Shown here: one piece after another, positions 14,801 to 27,818 of the stretch
Layout: each line of letters starts with the position of its first letter
How positions within the stretch are numbered: the stretch's first letter is position 1
Origin: Basidiobolus meristosporus CBS 931.73
Taxonomy: Eukaryota > Fungi > Basidiobolomycota
Reading direction: 5' to 3'
Length of the DNA: 64,000 bases
Assembly: GCA_002104905.1 (NCBI GenBank)
Contig: MCFE01000250.1
Span: 1-64,000 of the forward strand
Made by a program: the position numbers and the translations under genes
The notes under the pieces: model-generated
The model's input: the letters and a program-made list of their open reading frames with translations, nothing else
The model's database searches: none
Told to the model about the DNA's origin: nothing

Positions 14801-15200
14801 GGCTGAGACCATTGATCAATTTGCTGATGGAAGCCTGTTACCACTTCCCACTGTGTTTCTTGCATGGATTCAATAACAAGCTACACAATGAATATGGACA
14901 TCTTAGAAAAGAAGGAATCTATAGCCATGTAAAAGCTAGAGGATAATAGCTTTGAATGAAACAAGATGTTGAGAAGCTAGAGAAAACATGGCCAAGTTGC
15001 TAAATCAACTAATCTTAGCCACAGAGAATTGCTTAACTTTCTCCCTTGGAGCCAGGAAGAACATTTGAAAGATGGAGAATTAACTTTATTGAAAGATTGT
15101 GCAATACTAAAAAATGCAACAGGTAGACTCTTGTAGCAATTGACCACACCGCAAAATGGCCAGTGGCAAGAGCTGTACCAGTAGCCAGTGAGTAAGCTGG
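11899..15200 (+). mobile_element. Heavily decayed Ty3/gypsy internal region (gag-PR-RT-RH-IN remnants, no LTRs found)
   Basis: AVPMEID..KKGLCFDC gag tail (12190-12372), FMKKKDGSLVMCIYY and YLDDILI RT motifs (about 13590-13940), RNase H KSKKLNSAKQNNPVHEKGMLAII (14368-14676). Confidence 0.88.
12967..13335 (-). repeat. Copia-1 solo LTR (369 bp) inserted in the gypsy remnant
   Basis: TGTTG...CAACA, homologous to 5105-5472; near-perfect 5-bp TSD GACAA/GACAC. Confidence 0.92.
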
Positions 15201-15349
15201 TGATGAATCAGCAGATCCTTTTCAGACAGAAATAGATGCATAAAGTGAGATCTAATTGTGCAATTATGATAATATCAAATGAGTTGTCAGCCACAACCTA
15301 CATTAGGAAATACAACTCATCAATTATTAACTCCTATATCAAGACTTGT

Positions 15350-15740
15350 AACCATAGCCAAAAAGTGTGTGAGATCCAGTGTTTTTACTTCATAACCCAT
15401 ATGCATTCTTTTCATACAAACTCCAGTGCCAAGATTTATATCTTTCCATAGAGAGACCTTGTGGATGTACTTATGCAATTGCAGCAAACCTGGCAAGCTC
15501 TAAGCTATTGGCCTTAATATGGAATTGATCAAAAGCTGAATATACTTGAGAGAGATGGAGTCTATTGGTACAAATGTTTTTCACTAGGAGCATTGCATTT
15601 GCCCTTCAACACTATGCCAATACTGAAGACCAGGTTGTACATGTGCCACTTCAAGCTAAGTTAGCCCTTTGAGATGCTGAAGAGAAGTGAGAATTTGCAA
15701 AATATTAAGTAATTTTGTTAGTCAAAAGTACTTCTTTTTG
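15350..15740 (+). mobile_element. Fragment of CACTA-type transposase
   Basis: Reverse-complement homology to about 19060-19340 (..KCFSLGALHLPFN..). Confidence 0.7.
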
Positions 15741-15769
15741 TTCTGGTTAATATAGATATGTGTTCACAA

Positions 15770-17490
15770 CAACCTCTATGAGAATGATGGTGATGATCCC
15801 ATGAAAAGGCTTGCACAACTTCTAAGTCCTATGACTCAGAGGTATTGATCCCATCAGGACACCATGCATAGACTGCCAAGAAATAATTGAACCCCAGATT
15901 TGACAATAAACTTGGTCAAAATTTTTCATTACAACATTACAAAGGTGGTTTTGATTGGTTCACTGCCAATTTTCTTACTTTCTGATCCTGCACACTCTAT
16001 CACCTCCTATGGTTGTATGCATTAATTGGCTATTGCCTCTTTTCACACTCCTTACTTCTTAACTCAACTGTTACTCTTACTTATCCTGCTAACAAATTGA
16101 TTTATTTCTGCAGAAACTTCAGTGGTACCTCAATTGCCAATTGTGTTGACCTATACAAGTCCCTATACCCTATACTAACACCAAGCTCAACCTCAAAGTC
16201 AACAAGTAACTCCATTAATATCTACAACTCAATAAGTATTTTAGCTGTAACACTCTGTTTCCATGACTTTGGCAGGAGCCTTACAGCACTATGCCACTGT
16301 TGATTTGCTAGTTCCAATACATCCTGGTCTTCAGCCAGCACTGCAAGGTGTAGCATCTCATCTGCCAGTCTTTGCAATAAGTCCTTGCGTTATACATGGG
16401 CATTTTCTTGAGCGCTGCTCTTGAAGAAGTGCTGCAACCACTTGGGGTGCCTGTCAATGTTCTAAAATTCCACTGAAGGCTTTGCAATAAACTTTTGGGT
16501 TCTTGATGTAGTTACTTAGTTTGCTGATGGGATTTCCTCTCCATCTGCCATTGAGGATGTGCAGGCTGTGGTAGACAAGTTGCCTTTCTGTGCAAACTCT
16601 TCTACCTCACTGGTGTCAAGTTGAGCTTCCTGCACTTCAAACTCTTGAGATAGAGCTGCTTTCCTGTTTGCAATTCTTTGTTATCACGCTTTCATGTCTC
16701 TGGCTTGGGTAGACGTTTTCCCCTTTACCTTTTCCTTTATCAATACCAGGTCTTTCACTGCTACTTTGTGTGATTACTTCTTGTATCAAACTATGTTTTC
16801 TTCTTGATAAATGCTGCTAAAGGTGTTGGCTTGCTAGACCTCTAATAGCCTCTTGAATTTTAGCCCACTCTTCATCATTGCACTCAATAGCTTCACAGAT
16901 CTTTAGTATTGTTTAATTTTTAGGCTTTGGTATCAACACTGCAGCTGCTACATCCCATGATGTGATAGGTTTTTCTTGTAAAAAATTCATAAATCTACCT
17001 AAATTTTTACCTAACTTAGTCACTTAGATCATTACCTTCAAATCCAAGAGGATACTGCCCAAATTTCTTGTTGGGATTTACTCAGAATATTCTCATCAAA
17101 ATACCAGGTACCCAGAACACAAAAATTCTCAAAGTTGTCCAAACAACCTCAAATATGCACACATGTTGTTGGGTGAACACCACTTAATCCACTTGTCCTC
17201 CCAATCACTTCCAATATCTCCATGACTTGTACAACATTTCTATGGGTTTTATTTTTGGACACTGTTGTTGTCCTTCAAAGACTGTTTGGTGTGCCACTGC
17301 TGTTACAATAGGAAGTGGCTCAATTCTTGGATGTGACACTGAGCTTCTTGAGCTCCTTCTTTTCAGCAAACATACTGCTTTCTCTACCTGGGATAATGAT
17401 TGCTCTACACATATTTTCTGCCCATCCTGTTTCTAGACTATATTCTGATTTTTGTGGCCATTGCATCTATCCTGTCAGCCACTGCACCTA
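15770..17490 (-). pseudogene. Decayed copy of the CACTA-associated ORF2
   Basis: Inverted homology to 21250-24510 (e.g. 16321-16390 vs 23880-23950); interrupted by a Copia-2 solo LTR. Confidence 0.8.
16974..17236 (+). repeat. Copia-2 solo LTR with internal deletion
   Basis: Homologous to 27859-28207 but about 90 bp shorter; ends CAACA; TTTCT direct repeat at 16972-16976 and 17237-17241 (left boundary uncertain by 3 nt). Confidence 0.85.
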
Positions 17491-17969
17491 CCCTATGAAA
17501 AATAATTTGGTCCCACAGGTGGATCCAATCCGGATCATCTGTCAAGATCCTGTTTAGAGACCATCATAATAACAGCAGCTTGGAATTAGTGACCCTCCTG
17601 ACAGTCTTATAACAAGATCATGATGGTGTTTTGCAAATTTTACAGCCAAATCAAGGGATAAAACTTGACAATTTTTGATTGGTGCTGTGACAATGTTTGC
17701 ATGGTATTGTTGCGGTCTTTCAGCGCTCTATTACTATTTTAAGTGGATCCAGTTAGCCAGGAATTCCAATTGCCTTATATGGCAAGAAATTTGACGGTAT
17801 CTAGCCAGCCTCACAGCAAGACTCTGATGGCTCTTGTCTTGGCAGTATGACAGCCAGCTGCTGGTTCTGTATAATGCTACCATACCAGTTCACCAAATGG
17901 TATTTCCTTTTTCTACCTCCCCTGGTGCAACTTATATATTCCACTGTAGAATCACCTTACTTTATTTGC

Positions 17970-20658
17970 TTACCCACTACTACCTTGAGTATTCCACATA
18001 TAGTTTGAATCAAAAAAAACTATGGCCTCCTGCTTACTAACCTCTACAAACCCACACACCTGCCACAATTGACATACTTCTATCATATCAACTTTATGGC
18101 TTTTAAATGTGATACTTGCAAAGTTGTCATATATCTTATACTGCTGGTAGCATATACTTCTTGCAAACATATGCTTGGTTGTTGCCATTTCAGTCATGAA
18201 TACCTCCTGAATATTGGCAAAGAACTTCTTGGTATTTAGCCAATATATTCCTTCTCCCTGCTGGATTCTAGTCCCCCTTATAGGTGCGCTCTGGCTTTTG
18301 TTTGTGTGAATTCTGTATCAAATGGTGTAGAAGTTGGCTTGTTGCCACAAGAAATCCGGCATATCTTGATGGAGTTTTCCTTATAAAAATTTGTTGCTTG
18401 TTGCACCCAACCCAACTTTGCATTACTTAACTGATTACCCACTCATTGGGGCTGCTTAGCTTCTTAATGCCATTGGCATAGGTGTCCCCATGTGCACATT
18501 TGTCCTCAGTATTTTCCAACTCTTTCTGGATATCCTCTGTGTCAACTCATCACATCCATGACAGACTTGATGGTAATATTCTTGATGAGATTGGGATATG
18601 GTAGTACCTGCAACTTGACTTGTCTTCCTATCTCCCCACACATCTGCTCCATAGGAAACTCCTAAAAGGTGAAGCAAGGCCCAATATTCTCCACACGCTG
18701 TGTAAGATGGAGTAGAGAATGGATACAGTGGTGGCAGAGATCTACGCATTCAGCTTTATGTTTGTAGTATAGCTGCTCAAATGGCATCACAAACTCCTCA
18801 CACAACAGCTGTAGATGCGTCAAGTTGGCATTGGTGATCTGCTTCTGGATAAATATTCCTACAATGTCCACATATGACTCCCAATGCTTCCAATGTACTC
18901 TTGGTAGGAATGGCTTCAGAACACCACTTGAATCAATACATATCCAGTTCATCCAGTCTTTGCATTTGTACTGTTGCATATGCATATGAATATTAATTGG
19001 AGCCTGTGAGAAGTACTTAGGGTAGCGGATACTCTGTAATATCTTGCCAATTTTTTCAAATTTCTCTGGTATCTCAAAGGGCTCATTTAGCTTGATATGC
19101 CCCATGTACAACTTGGTCATCAGTATAGGGATATTGGTGAAAAGCAAATGCATTGCTCCCAGTGGAAAGCATTTGCTCCAACAGATACCCACTATCTTAA
19201 GTATCTCCAGTTTCCAATTGATTCCATATTCCGGCCAATGGCTTATTGCTTGCCAACTTTGCTGCAATTGTATGCTTACTTCTTTACATTCTCTCTGTGG
19301 GAAGATGATGTTCTTAGTGCTGGTGTTTGGGTTATAATAATGTGTGTGAGTTATGGAGTAAATCCCCGGGATCTCACACATTTGACAGCAATACCATCCA
19401 TTATGCCCAGAAAAGCCTGCTATCTTGCTGATGGCTGGGGTATCTCCAATTCAGATAGTAATATGTGCTTTTATATGATGGCCATTTACCATTATCCTGC
19501 TGGATAGCATACAAAGTTCATCCAGCAATGGATACAGGTAGCTATCCAGGTAGGACAGTGATTTAGGCCCAGATACCATGAGACTACCATCAGATTATTG
19601 CTCTGATACCATAAGATGGGCGGCAGATTCAGATTGATGAGAATCAGTGGCCAGCAGGATTTGCTGGTAGAGTACTTGTTTAATGTGAATCCATCAAGTG
19701 CTAAAGCAAAGGCATGGTCATACATACCTTCAAAGTAGCCCTTGCTTCTTAGCTGTTTGTAATGTTTGCCATCAGGTATATTGGATATGTTTGCGCTTGA
19801 TTGATACTGAGTGTGGTGCAGTACAGCTTTGCAATATCTGTTGGACTGCATCAGCTTCCTCAGATGGGGTATGACCAGAATATATCCTGAGTGTGAATGA
19901 TGTTTTCCCTCAATGGTGGTGGATTCCTGACAATTTGGACACATTGCAATGGTAGCATTTTTGGATGTTAATGCCATGCAACTGTTAATGCATGCTGGAA
20001 TCAGGATAATCTCTGGGTCATATGTTGCCAGCTGCATGATAGTTGTCTGCTTGTACCATGTACATGGCAAGTTGAATCCCGGTATGATTTTGGCAAGTAG
20101 TGGTAATAAGTCCTCAAGGCCCCCATTACTGATATTAGTGGAAACATGCCACTTCTATAGCCACAACATTACATCATTCACCAGTAGATGGATTACTGGG
20201 CTCACTTGGCTCCATAAAGTATCCTTGGCATTTGTTTCAACGGGTGTTGTCTCATTGCATATAGGGATTTGACTGGGCTCATATGTGGTACTGTTGTTAG
20301 GGGAGATAGGCTCCAAATCCATCACTGAACCTTCTTTGTCAGAGCTATCACTCTGCATGCCATATTCCAAAGGCTGAGGTGAGCTTAAAGGCATCACAAA
20401 CTCACCTGACTCAGTTTGTGCAAGGTGACAAAGACAGCCAGGTGCCAATATAGAAGTATGAACTGGCTGGCACAATAATGTTGGTACAGTAGTGACTGAT
20501 GAATGGTCAAATATGACTTGGGTGGGAAAACACTGGCTGTGATCCTTGGAATACTTCCTATGCTGTCTGCATGCTTCATGGCTGAGAGGCTTGCCACAAT
20601 AGCCACATGGTCTTTTTTCTCTTCTCTTACAGCATTGAGTCAAAGTGGTCTTGTCCAT
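17970..20658 (-). mobile_element. Decayed CACTA/En-Spm (Transposase_21/Tnp2-like) transposase gene, copy 1
   Basis: ALALDGFT..SCWPLILINLNLPP (19492-20070), FPLGAMHLLFTNI and LYYKHK..CIHSLLHL..IGPCF (18662-19381), N-terminal CGYCGK..H..C..H motif; several stops and frameshifts; no TIRs found. Confidence 0.88.
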
Positions 20659-21980
20659 GAGGCAAACAACTTGACCTTCAACAACATAATGCTGTTATAT
20701 CACTTTTTGGTCTATACTCATGTGAACTTAAGACAGTCTTGTACTTGAGACATTGCACCTACATGAATGTAAGATTCAATGATGACCCGCCATAGTTAGT
20801 ATTATAAATGAAGTTGTGGCACCACGTACACACATATATGTAACACTATTTCCCCTTTGTTTGACTCACTTCCATATATATGCCACCAAAAAATAAAGCA
20901 AATTTGTCTGGTTCTCAACCAAACCCCACTGCTGATGGCAATAGAAGAATGGTTGGACAACAGCTTGCTTTGACATACAGTGCAACAAGCAGGGCTACAT
21001 CCTAAAAAGGCCCTGTGTACAGTGTGCCCATTGAAGGAAATAATGCAGACTCCTCAGGCTCTCAGTCAAGTAGGCAATTGAGAACCTCTGCAGAGCCACA
21101 AGCTGACCGTTGTGCTCAGGCAGATGAGAATGTAGCAAACACAGTACCCTCAGTTGAAGATCAGCAAGTGGCCATGATAACATCACCACCACCCATATTA
21201 GCAAGTATGTTGTCAGCTCATACTGAAGCATTAATGAAGCAATTAGGTATAGTGGCTGATAGGATAGGTGCAATGACCCAGAGAAATCAGGCAGTAGTCC
21301 AGAAACAGGATGAGCAGATAATACATGTAGAGTAATTAATATCCCAGATAGAGAAAGCAGTATCTTTGCTGCAATGAAGAAACTCAAGTAGCTCAGTGTC
21401 ACAGCTAAGAATTGAGCCATTTCCTGATGTAACAGCAAAGGAACACCGTACAGTCTTTGAAGTACAACAACAGTGCCCAAAGATAAAGCCCACAGAAACA
21501 TTTATTACAGTGTGGGAGGGAGACAATGTGGTGTTTATACCAAAGCCTCAAAATAAAAAGACATTGAAGATCCTTGAAGCCATTGAGTGCAATAATGAAG
21601 AGTGGGCTAATATACAAGTGGCCATCAGAAGTCTAGCACACCATTACCTTAAGGCTGGCATACCATGGGACCATCAGGAACTCAAGGCCAAGCAGAACGC
21701 ACTTGACTTGTTTCATGAGCATTTTCATGGATTCAAATGGGCAAACAGATCTTGGGCCAGCATTAGTATGCTAAGAAAGTATCTTAAGAATAGCAGAAAC
21801 TATCAAAGGCCAAAGAATAAGGGAGCCATAGCTAAAAACCAGCGGCTTCCTCAAGAGCCCATTACAAGCAGGGCCAAAAGCTCCAGACAAGTGTCAAAGA
21901 GATGTCAGGCAGCTGGAAGAGTACCAATTAAGGACAAGCAGGCCAACATGGATGCACCAGCACAACATTTATCAAGGAAA

Positions 21981-23192
21981 TGTGGTAATGGAAAGTATTC
22001 CATTACTACAATATCTCTAAACCAATAGTTCACTCATTTCTTTATTTTGCTTTTTGCTATCGTAACACACAAGAGAAAGATCAAGAATTTCCAACTTTGA
22101 AGAGCAAATGCTCCAGACCCTGACAAGCAATCCACCCAAGAATATTATGTCACACAGAACACGTAGTAGCCAACACATGTTTCAAATTACAGCTCATTTG
22201 AAGCAGTACTTAAGGAGTTATGACCAAAAGAGTCTAACTATTATATATACTATGCCTTATTGCTAGGATTACTATGGTGACTTTGATCGCGTGTAACTTT
22301 TGAACCAGCCAATCAAATCACGTGAAATTTTTACAGGTGCTGCGCCTATGTCCGATCTGCGCCACTGCAAATTTTAGCTTTGTATCACGTGTATTGCTTG
22401 CGCAATCGCCCAAAAACTTTGATCCTTCAAAGTTTTCATATATATGACTTCCCCAGCTGAAAAATAAAGGGAGAGCCTCTCTTTCCAGAATCTCCACACT
22501 ACGATTACAAGTTTAAAGGTTATAAGACTTCCCCTATATCACTTGCACTGTTGAGTATTCTGACTTTGATTGGTACTACATCAGTAAAGAGACTGCAAAG
22601 CTCACAAGAATCCAATCTAAGTTCTACAAGAAACTACCACTTTTCTGTCGGTAAAGTCCCCTCTAAGAAACCCCTTTACTCTAAAGACACCCCTTTAGAC
22701 ACCCCTTTAAAAAACCCCTTTACTCTAAAGAAGCCCCTTTAGGCACCCCTTTAGTGTAAAGTCCACTTTAGAGACCACTACAAGAAGCCCCTTTACTCTA
22801 AAGACACCCCTTTAGACACCCCTTTAGGTCTAAAGACCCCTTTAGAGACTTCTACAACACACCCCTTTAGGTTAAGGGGAGTTCAGAATTTCCATATTAG
22901 GAAATATTTTCTCAGAAAGGAAAGTGACTTCCAAATAAGGAAAAGTTACTATAAAAGTAAATAAGCCCATTAGTCGACAGAAGGTCAGAACACTGCTGTA
23001 GAAGTGATAAACACTGCCTACAGTATATTTTGAGCCCAAGATTGAGGAAATTAGTGAAAGTTATATCTTCTATCGGTATATCAAACTCCCAATAAACTAT
23101 TTCAGTATTAGCATACTGGAAGTTGTTGTATATTGTTGATTAGCCTCTACATTATAGAACAAACCCCAAACTAATCATAATACAACACAACA
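21981..23192 (+). mobile_element. Solo LTR-like element, family LTR-Y copy 1 (1212 bp)
   Basis: TGTGG...CAACA termini, perfect 4-bp TSD GAAA (21977-21980, 23193-23196), TATAAAA 22950-22956, AATAAA 23091; second copy inverted at 25096-26493. Confidence 0.88.
22657..22869 (+). repeat. Array of 11 exact CCCCTTTA octamers (CCCCT = STRE core) in LTR-Y1
   Basis: Exact copies at 22671, 22690, 22702, 22715, 22734, 22746, 22788, 22807, 22819, 22837, 22862, about 80 bp upstream of the TATA box. Confidence 0.92.
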
Positions 23193-25095
23193 GAAAAAGC
23201 GTAGTATCACTCAAGAAGCACCCAGTCAAGGTAGCAGTGAAAGACCTGGCAGTGATAAAAACCAGCTGCTTTTACAGGAGCCTGTCACAACTACTGTTGA
23301 GAGCTCAAAATAAGCTGAAAAGAAATGTCAAGTTGCCAGAAGAGTGCCAGCAAGGGACAAGCAGGCCATAACAGATGTGTCAGAGCAGAACTTATCCAGG
23401 AGAAAATGTAGTTCTTTACAAGAAGCACTCAGACAACATAGCAGTGAAAGACCTGGCAGTGCTAAAGGAAAAGGTAAAGGGACAAATGTCTACCCAAGCA
23501 TGAGACAGGGAGGCATGCAAAAAAAACTGCAGTTCTTGCCAATTAGCGCCAGAAGCCAGGAACAGAATGAATCCCATCATAGCCAAGAAGAATTACCAAC
23601 AACAAACCAGCTGTTTTCATAAGAGTTGGAAGCGCAGCCAGTTGAGCTACACTCCAGCAAGGTAGATGAGTTTGCTGAACAAGGCAATTTGTTTATCACA
23701 GCCTCCACAGCCTCCATTGTTGACAGAGTGGAGATCCCACTGACAGACAAGGCTAAAATGTTAAGAGCTCAAAAGACTATCACAATGCCTTCAGTGAAGT
23801 TTTGGAACGTTAACAGGCACACCAAGAGGTTGCAGCACTTCTTCAAGAGCAGTGCTCAAGAAAATGCCCTGGAATATTGCAAGGATTTATTGCAAAGACT
23901 TGCAGATGAGGAGCTAGATCTTGCAGTGCTGGCTGAAGACCAGGATGTGTGAGAACCAGTGAATGAACAGTGGCATAAAGCCATTGGGTTTCTGCCAAAG
24001 TCATGGAACCAGAGCATTACAGCAGAAATACTTATTGAGTGGTGGATTTTAATGGAGTTACTTGTTGAGTGTGGGGTTGGGCTTAATGTTAGTGTAGGGT
24101 ATAGAGACTTGTAGAGGTCAATACAGTTGTCAATTGAGGCACAACTGCAGTTTCAATGGAAATATATCAATTTGTACGCATGAAAAGTAAGAGAAATGGT
24201 AGAGTCAGGAAGTAAGGAGTGTGAAAAAGAGGCAATAGCCAAACAATTCACACAAGCATAGGAGGCAATAGAGTGTCTGGGATCAGGAAGTGAGCAAATT
24301 GGCAGGGGCCCAATCAAAAGCCACTTATACATTGTTGTGATGAAAAATTTTGACAAAGTTTTTTGTGAAATCTGGGGTGCAATTATTTTTCAACAGTCTC
24401 TGGACGGTGTTGTGACAAGATCAGTACCTCTTAGTTATGGGACATTAACTTTGTTACGGCCTTTTGACGGGATCATCTCAATGATTTTTCATAGGGCTAG
24501 TTGCCTCTTTGATGCTTTGGAATGAGCTGACAAGCTACTTGCTAAAACAGGTGGTGATGATGTTATAACAGCCACTTGCTAGTCTTCAACTGAAGTTACT
24601 GCTTTTGTCACATTCTAATCTGCATCAGCATTATGATCAGCTTGTGGCTCTGCAGATATTCCCAATTGCCTACTTGACTGACAGCCTAACAAGTTGGCAT
24701 TAGTATATTTGGTGGCACACTGTCCACAGGGCCTTTTGGAATGTATTCCTGCTTGCTGCACTGAATTTCAAAGCCAGCTGTTGTCCAACTATTTTTCTGT
24801 AGCTCTCAGCAGTGGGGCCAGTGAGTAAGCCAGTAGACTTTGTTTTATTTTTTGGTGGCAGTTATATTGAAGTAAGTCAAACCAATGGGGAAATGTTGTT
24901 ACATATTCATGTGTATGTGGTACCATAGCTTTATTTATAATGTTTACTATGGAGGGTCCTTGTTGATTCTTACATATGTGAAGGTGCAATGTATCTAATA
25001 CAAGACTGTCTTAAACTCACATGAGTATTGACAAAAAAACTCTCTAATAGTGTTGTGTTAATGAATGTCAAATTGTTTGCCCCATGGATAAGATT

Positions 25096-26493
25096 TGTTG
25101 TATTGTATTATGATTAGTTTAGGGCTTGTTCTACAATTTAGAGGCTGATTCAGAATATACAACAACTTTCAGTTTGTTAATCCTATATTAGTTTGTTGGC
25201 AGTGTGATATACCAATAGAAGATATAACTTTTACTAACATCCCCAAGCTTAGGCTCAAAACATTCTTTAGACAGTGGTTCTCACTTGTAGAGCAGTGTTC
25301 TGACCTTCTGGTGACTATGGAGCTTATTGACTTTATAGCAACTTTACCTTATTTGGAAGTCACTTTTGCTTCTGCAATGTTGTTTCTTAATAAGTAAGTT
25401 CTGAGCTCCCCTTTAACCTAAAGGGGTGTAGTGTAGAAGTCACTAAAGGGGTCTATAGTCCTAAAGGGGTGTCAAAAGGGGCTTCTTTGGAGTAAAGAGG
25501 CTTCTTACAGTGGTCTCTGAAGTGGACTTTGCACTAAAGGGGTGCCTGAAGGGGCTTCTTTAGAGTAAAGGGGTTTCTTAAGAGTAAAGGGGTGTCTTAA
25601 GAGTAAAGGGGTCTCTTAGAGATGACTTTTCCAACAGAAAAGTGGTAGTTTTCTTGTAGAACTTAGATTGAATTCTTATGAGCTTTGCAGTCTCTTTACT
25701 AATGTAGCAACAATCAAAGTCAGAATACCCAACAGTGCAAGTCATGCAGGGGAAGTCTTATAACCCTTAAACTTGTAATTGTATTGTGGAGGATCTGGAA
25801 AGAAAGGCTCTCCTCTATTTTTCCGCAGGGGAAGTCATACATAAAAGAATCTTGAAGGATCAAAGTTTTTGAACAATTGTGCCAGCTATACACATGATAC
25901 AAAGCAAAAATATATAGTGGCACAGATTGGAGGTAAGCACAGCACCTGTGAAAATATCACATCACTTGGTTGGCTTGTTCAAAAGTTACACATGGTTGAA
26001 GTCACTATAGTAATCCTAGCAATAAAGGCCTAGTAAATATGGTAATTTAAATGTATATTAGTTTTCAGCATAAAAATAATACAATTTTAAAATAATTTGT
26101 TTGAAAAAATGTATTATGTGTACCTTTGTAATAATATAATCATGTTGCCTCTTTTGTGTTATTATGCAGGATAATATGCAAACTAAATTATACAAATCTA
26201 ATCATCAATATCTTGTGTCTGAAGTTAAAAATAAATATAATTTAGGATGGTCCCAAAAAATATTAAATACGGCTTCAAATGAGCTGTATTTTGAAGCATT
26301 TGTTGGGTACTGTGTGTTCTGCATGACATAATTTTCTTGGGTGGTTTGGTTGTCAGGGTCTTGAGCTTTTGCCCTTCAAGCTTCAAATTTCTTGATCTTT
26401 TATTTGTGTACTACAATAGCCAAAGCAAAATAAGGAAATGAATGCCATATTAGGTTGCAATATTGTAGCAGTGAAATTCTTTCCATTACTACA
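25096..26493 (-). mobile_element. Solo LTR-like element, family LTR-Y copy 2 (1398 bp)
   Basis: TGTAG...CAACA on the minus strand; TSD GATT/GACT (one mismatch); removal restores host alignment with copy 1; TAAAGGGG array at 25408-25612; longer AT-rich segment at 26040-26270. Confidence 0.85.
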
Positions 26494-27818
26494 GACTAAT
26501 CTGACTTAATGCTGCAAAAGAAGAGTAAACAGACCATGTAGCCATTGTAACAAGCCTCTCAGGCATGAAGCACCCAGACAGCATAGGAATTATTAAAAGG
26601 ATCATGGCCAATATTTTGCCTCCCAGGTGATATTTGGCCATTAACCAGCCTCAACTGTACCAAAAATATCTTGCCAGCCACTCAATACATCCATAATGGC
26701 CCATGGCTGTACATGTCACCTTGCGTAAACTGAGTCAGGTGAACTTCTAACTCCTTCAGGCTCACCCCAGCCTTTTGGATATGGCACAAAGAGTGAAAGC
26801 TCTGAAGAAGCAGGCTCACTGAGGGACTGTTAGCCTATCTTCTCTGGCAACAATACCCTGCATGAGCCTGGCAAAATCTGAATATGCAATTAGACAGCAC
26901 TCATGAAAAAAAGCACCAAAGATACCTTATGGAGTCAATTGAGCCAAGTAGTCCATCTACTTGTGAATGATGTGATATTGTGGCTAGCAAAGTGGCATAT
27001 TTCCACCAATATCAGTAATGGGGGCTTTGGGGATTTACATCTACTCTTTGCCAAAATCATCCCAGGATACAATTCACTAGGTACATGCCAACATATGACC
27101 CAGAGACCATTGTGATACTGGCATATGCTAACATTTGCTTGGCATCTACATCAGAAAGTGCCACCATTGAAAGGTGTCCAACTTGTCAGGAATCCATTAC
27201 CATTGGGGGAAACATTATTCACACTTCAGATATATTCTGGTTATACCCCATCTAAGGATGCTCATGCAGTCCAACAAATATTGTGAACCTGGTAAGTACC
27301 AAACTCAGTATCAATCAAGTGCAAATATGTCTAATATATTCAATGGTCAACATTAAAACATCTAAGAAGCAAGGGCTACTTTGAAGGTATGTATGGTCAT
27401 GCCTTTACCTTGGCACTTGATGGATCCTCTTTAAACAGGTACTCTACCAGTTGATCCTGCTAGCCACTGATTCTCATCAATCTGAATCTGCCACCTATCT
27501 AAAGGTTTCATAGCCAAAATCAGAAGTTAGTCTCACTGGTATCTGGGCCTAAATCACTGCCCAACCTGGATAGCTACCTGTATCCATTGCTGAATAAATA
27601 TTGTATGTGCTCCAGCCAGATAACAGTAAAAGGCCATTATGTCAAAGGACATAGTAATATCTGCATTGGAGATACCCCAGCCATCAGCAAGATAGCTGGC
27701 ATTTCTGGGCACAATAGACAGTATTGCTACTGAATGTGGGAGATACAGGGGATTTACTCTGTAACTCAAACACATAATTGTTACCCAAACACCAACACTA
27801 AGAACATTGTCTTCCTGC

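Larger units (their letters stand above)
21015..24510 (+). pseudogene. CACTA-associated ORF2 (unknown protein), divergent from the transposase, split by solo LTR-Y1
   Basis: ORF pieces 21015-21335, 21396-21980, 23197-23952, 24337-24525. Excising 21981-23196 restores the frame (HLSRK|KRSITQEAP). Homologous copies at 15770-17490, 24540-24740, 34860-34899 and 41056-42260. Confidence 0.75.

Noticed and set aside
22657-25612. CCCCTTTA/TAAAGGGG arrays as telomeric repeats or CRISPR
   Set aside because: Not TTAGGG/TTTAGGG, irregularly spaced, no unique spacers, and internal to a TG...CA element with TSDs
21981-26493. The 1.2-kb inverted repeat as the TIRs of one DNA transposon
   Set aside because: Each arm has its own TG...CA ends and 4-bp TSD and splits a different host gene, so these are two independent insertions
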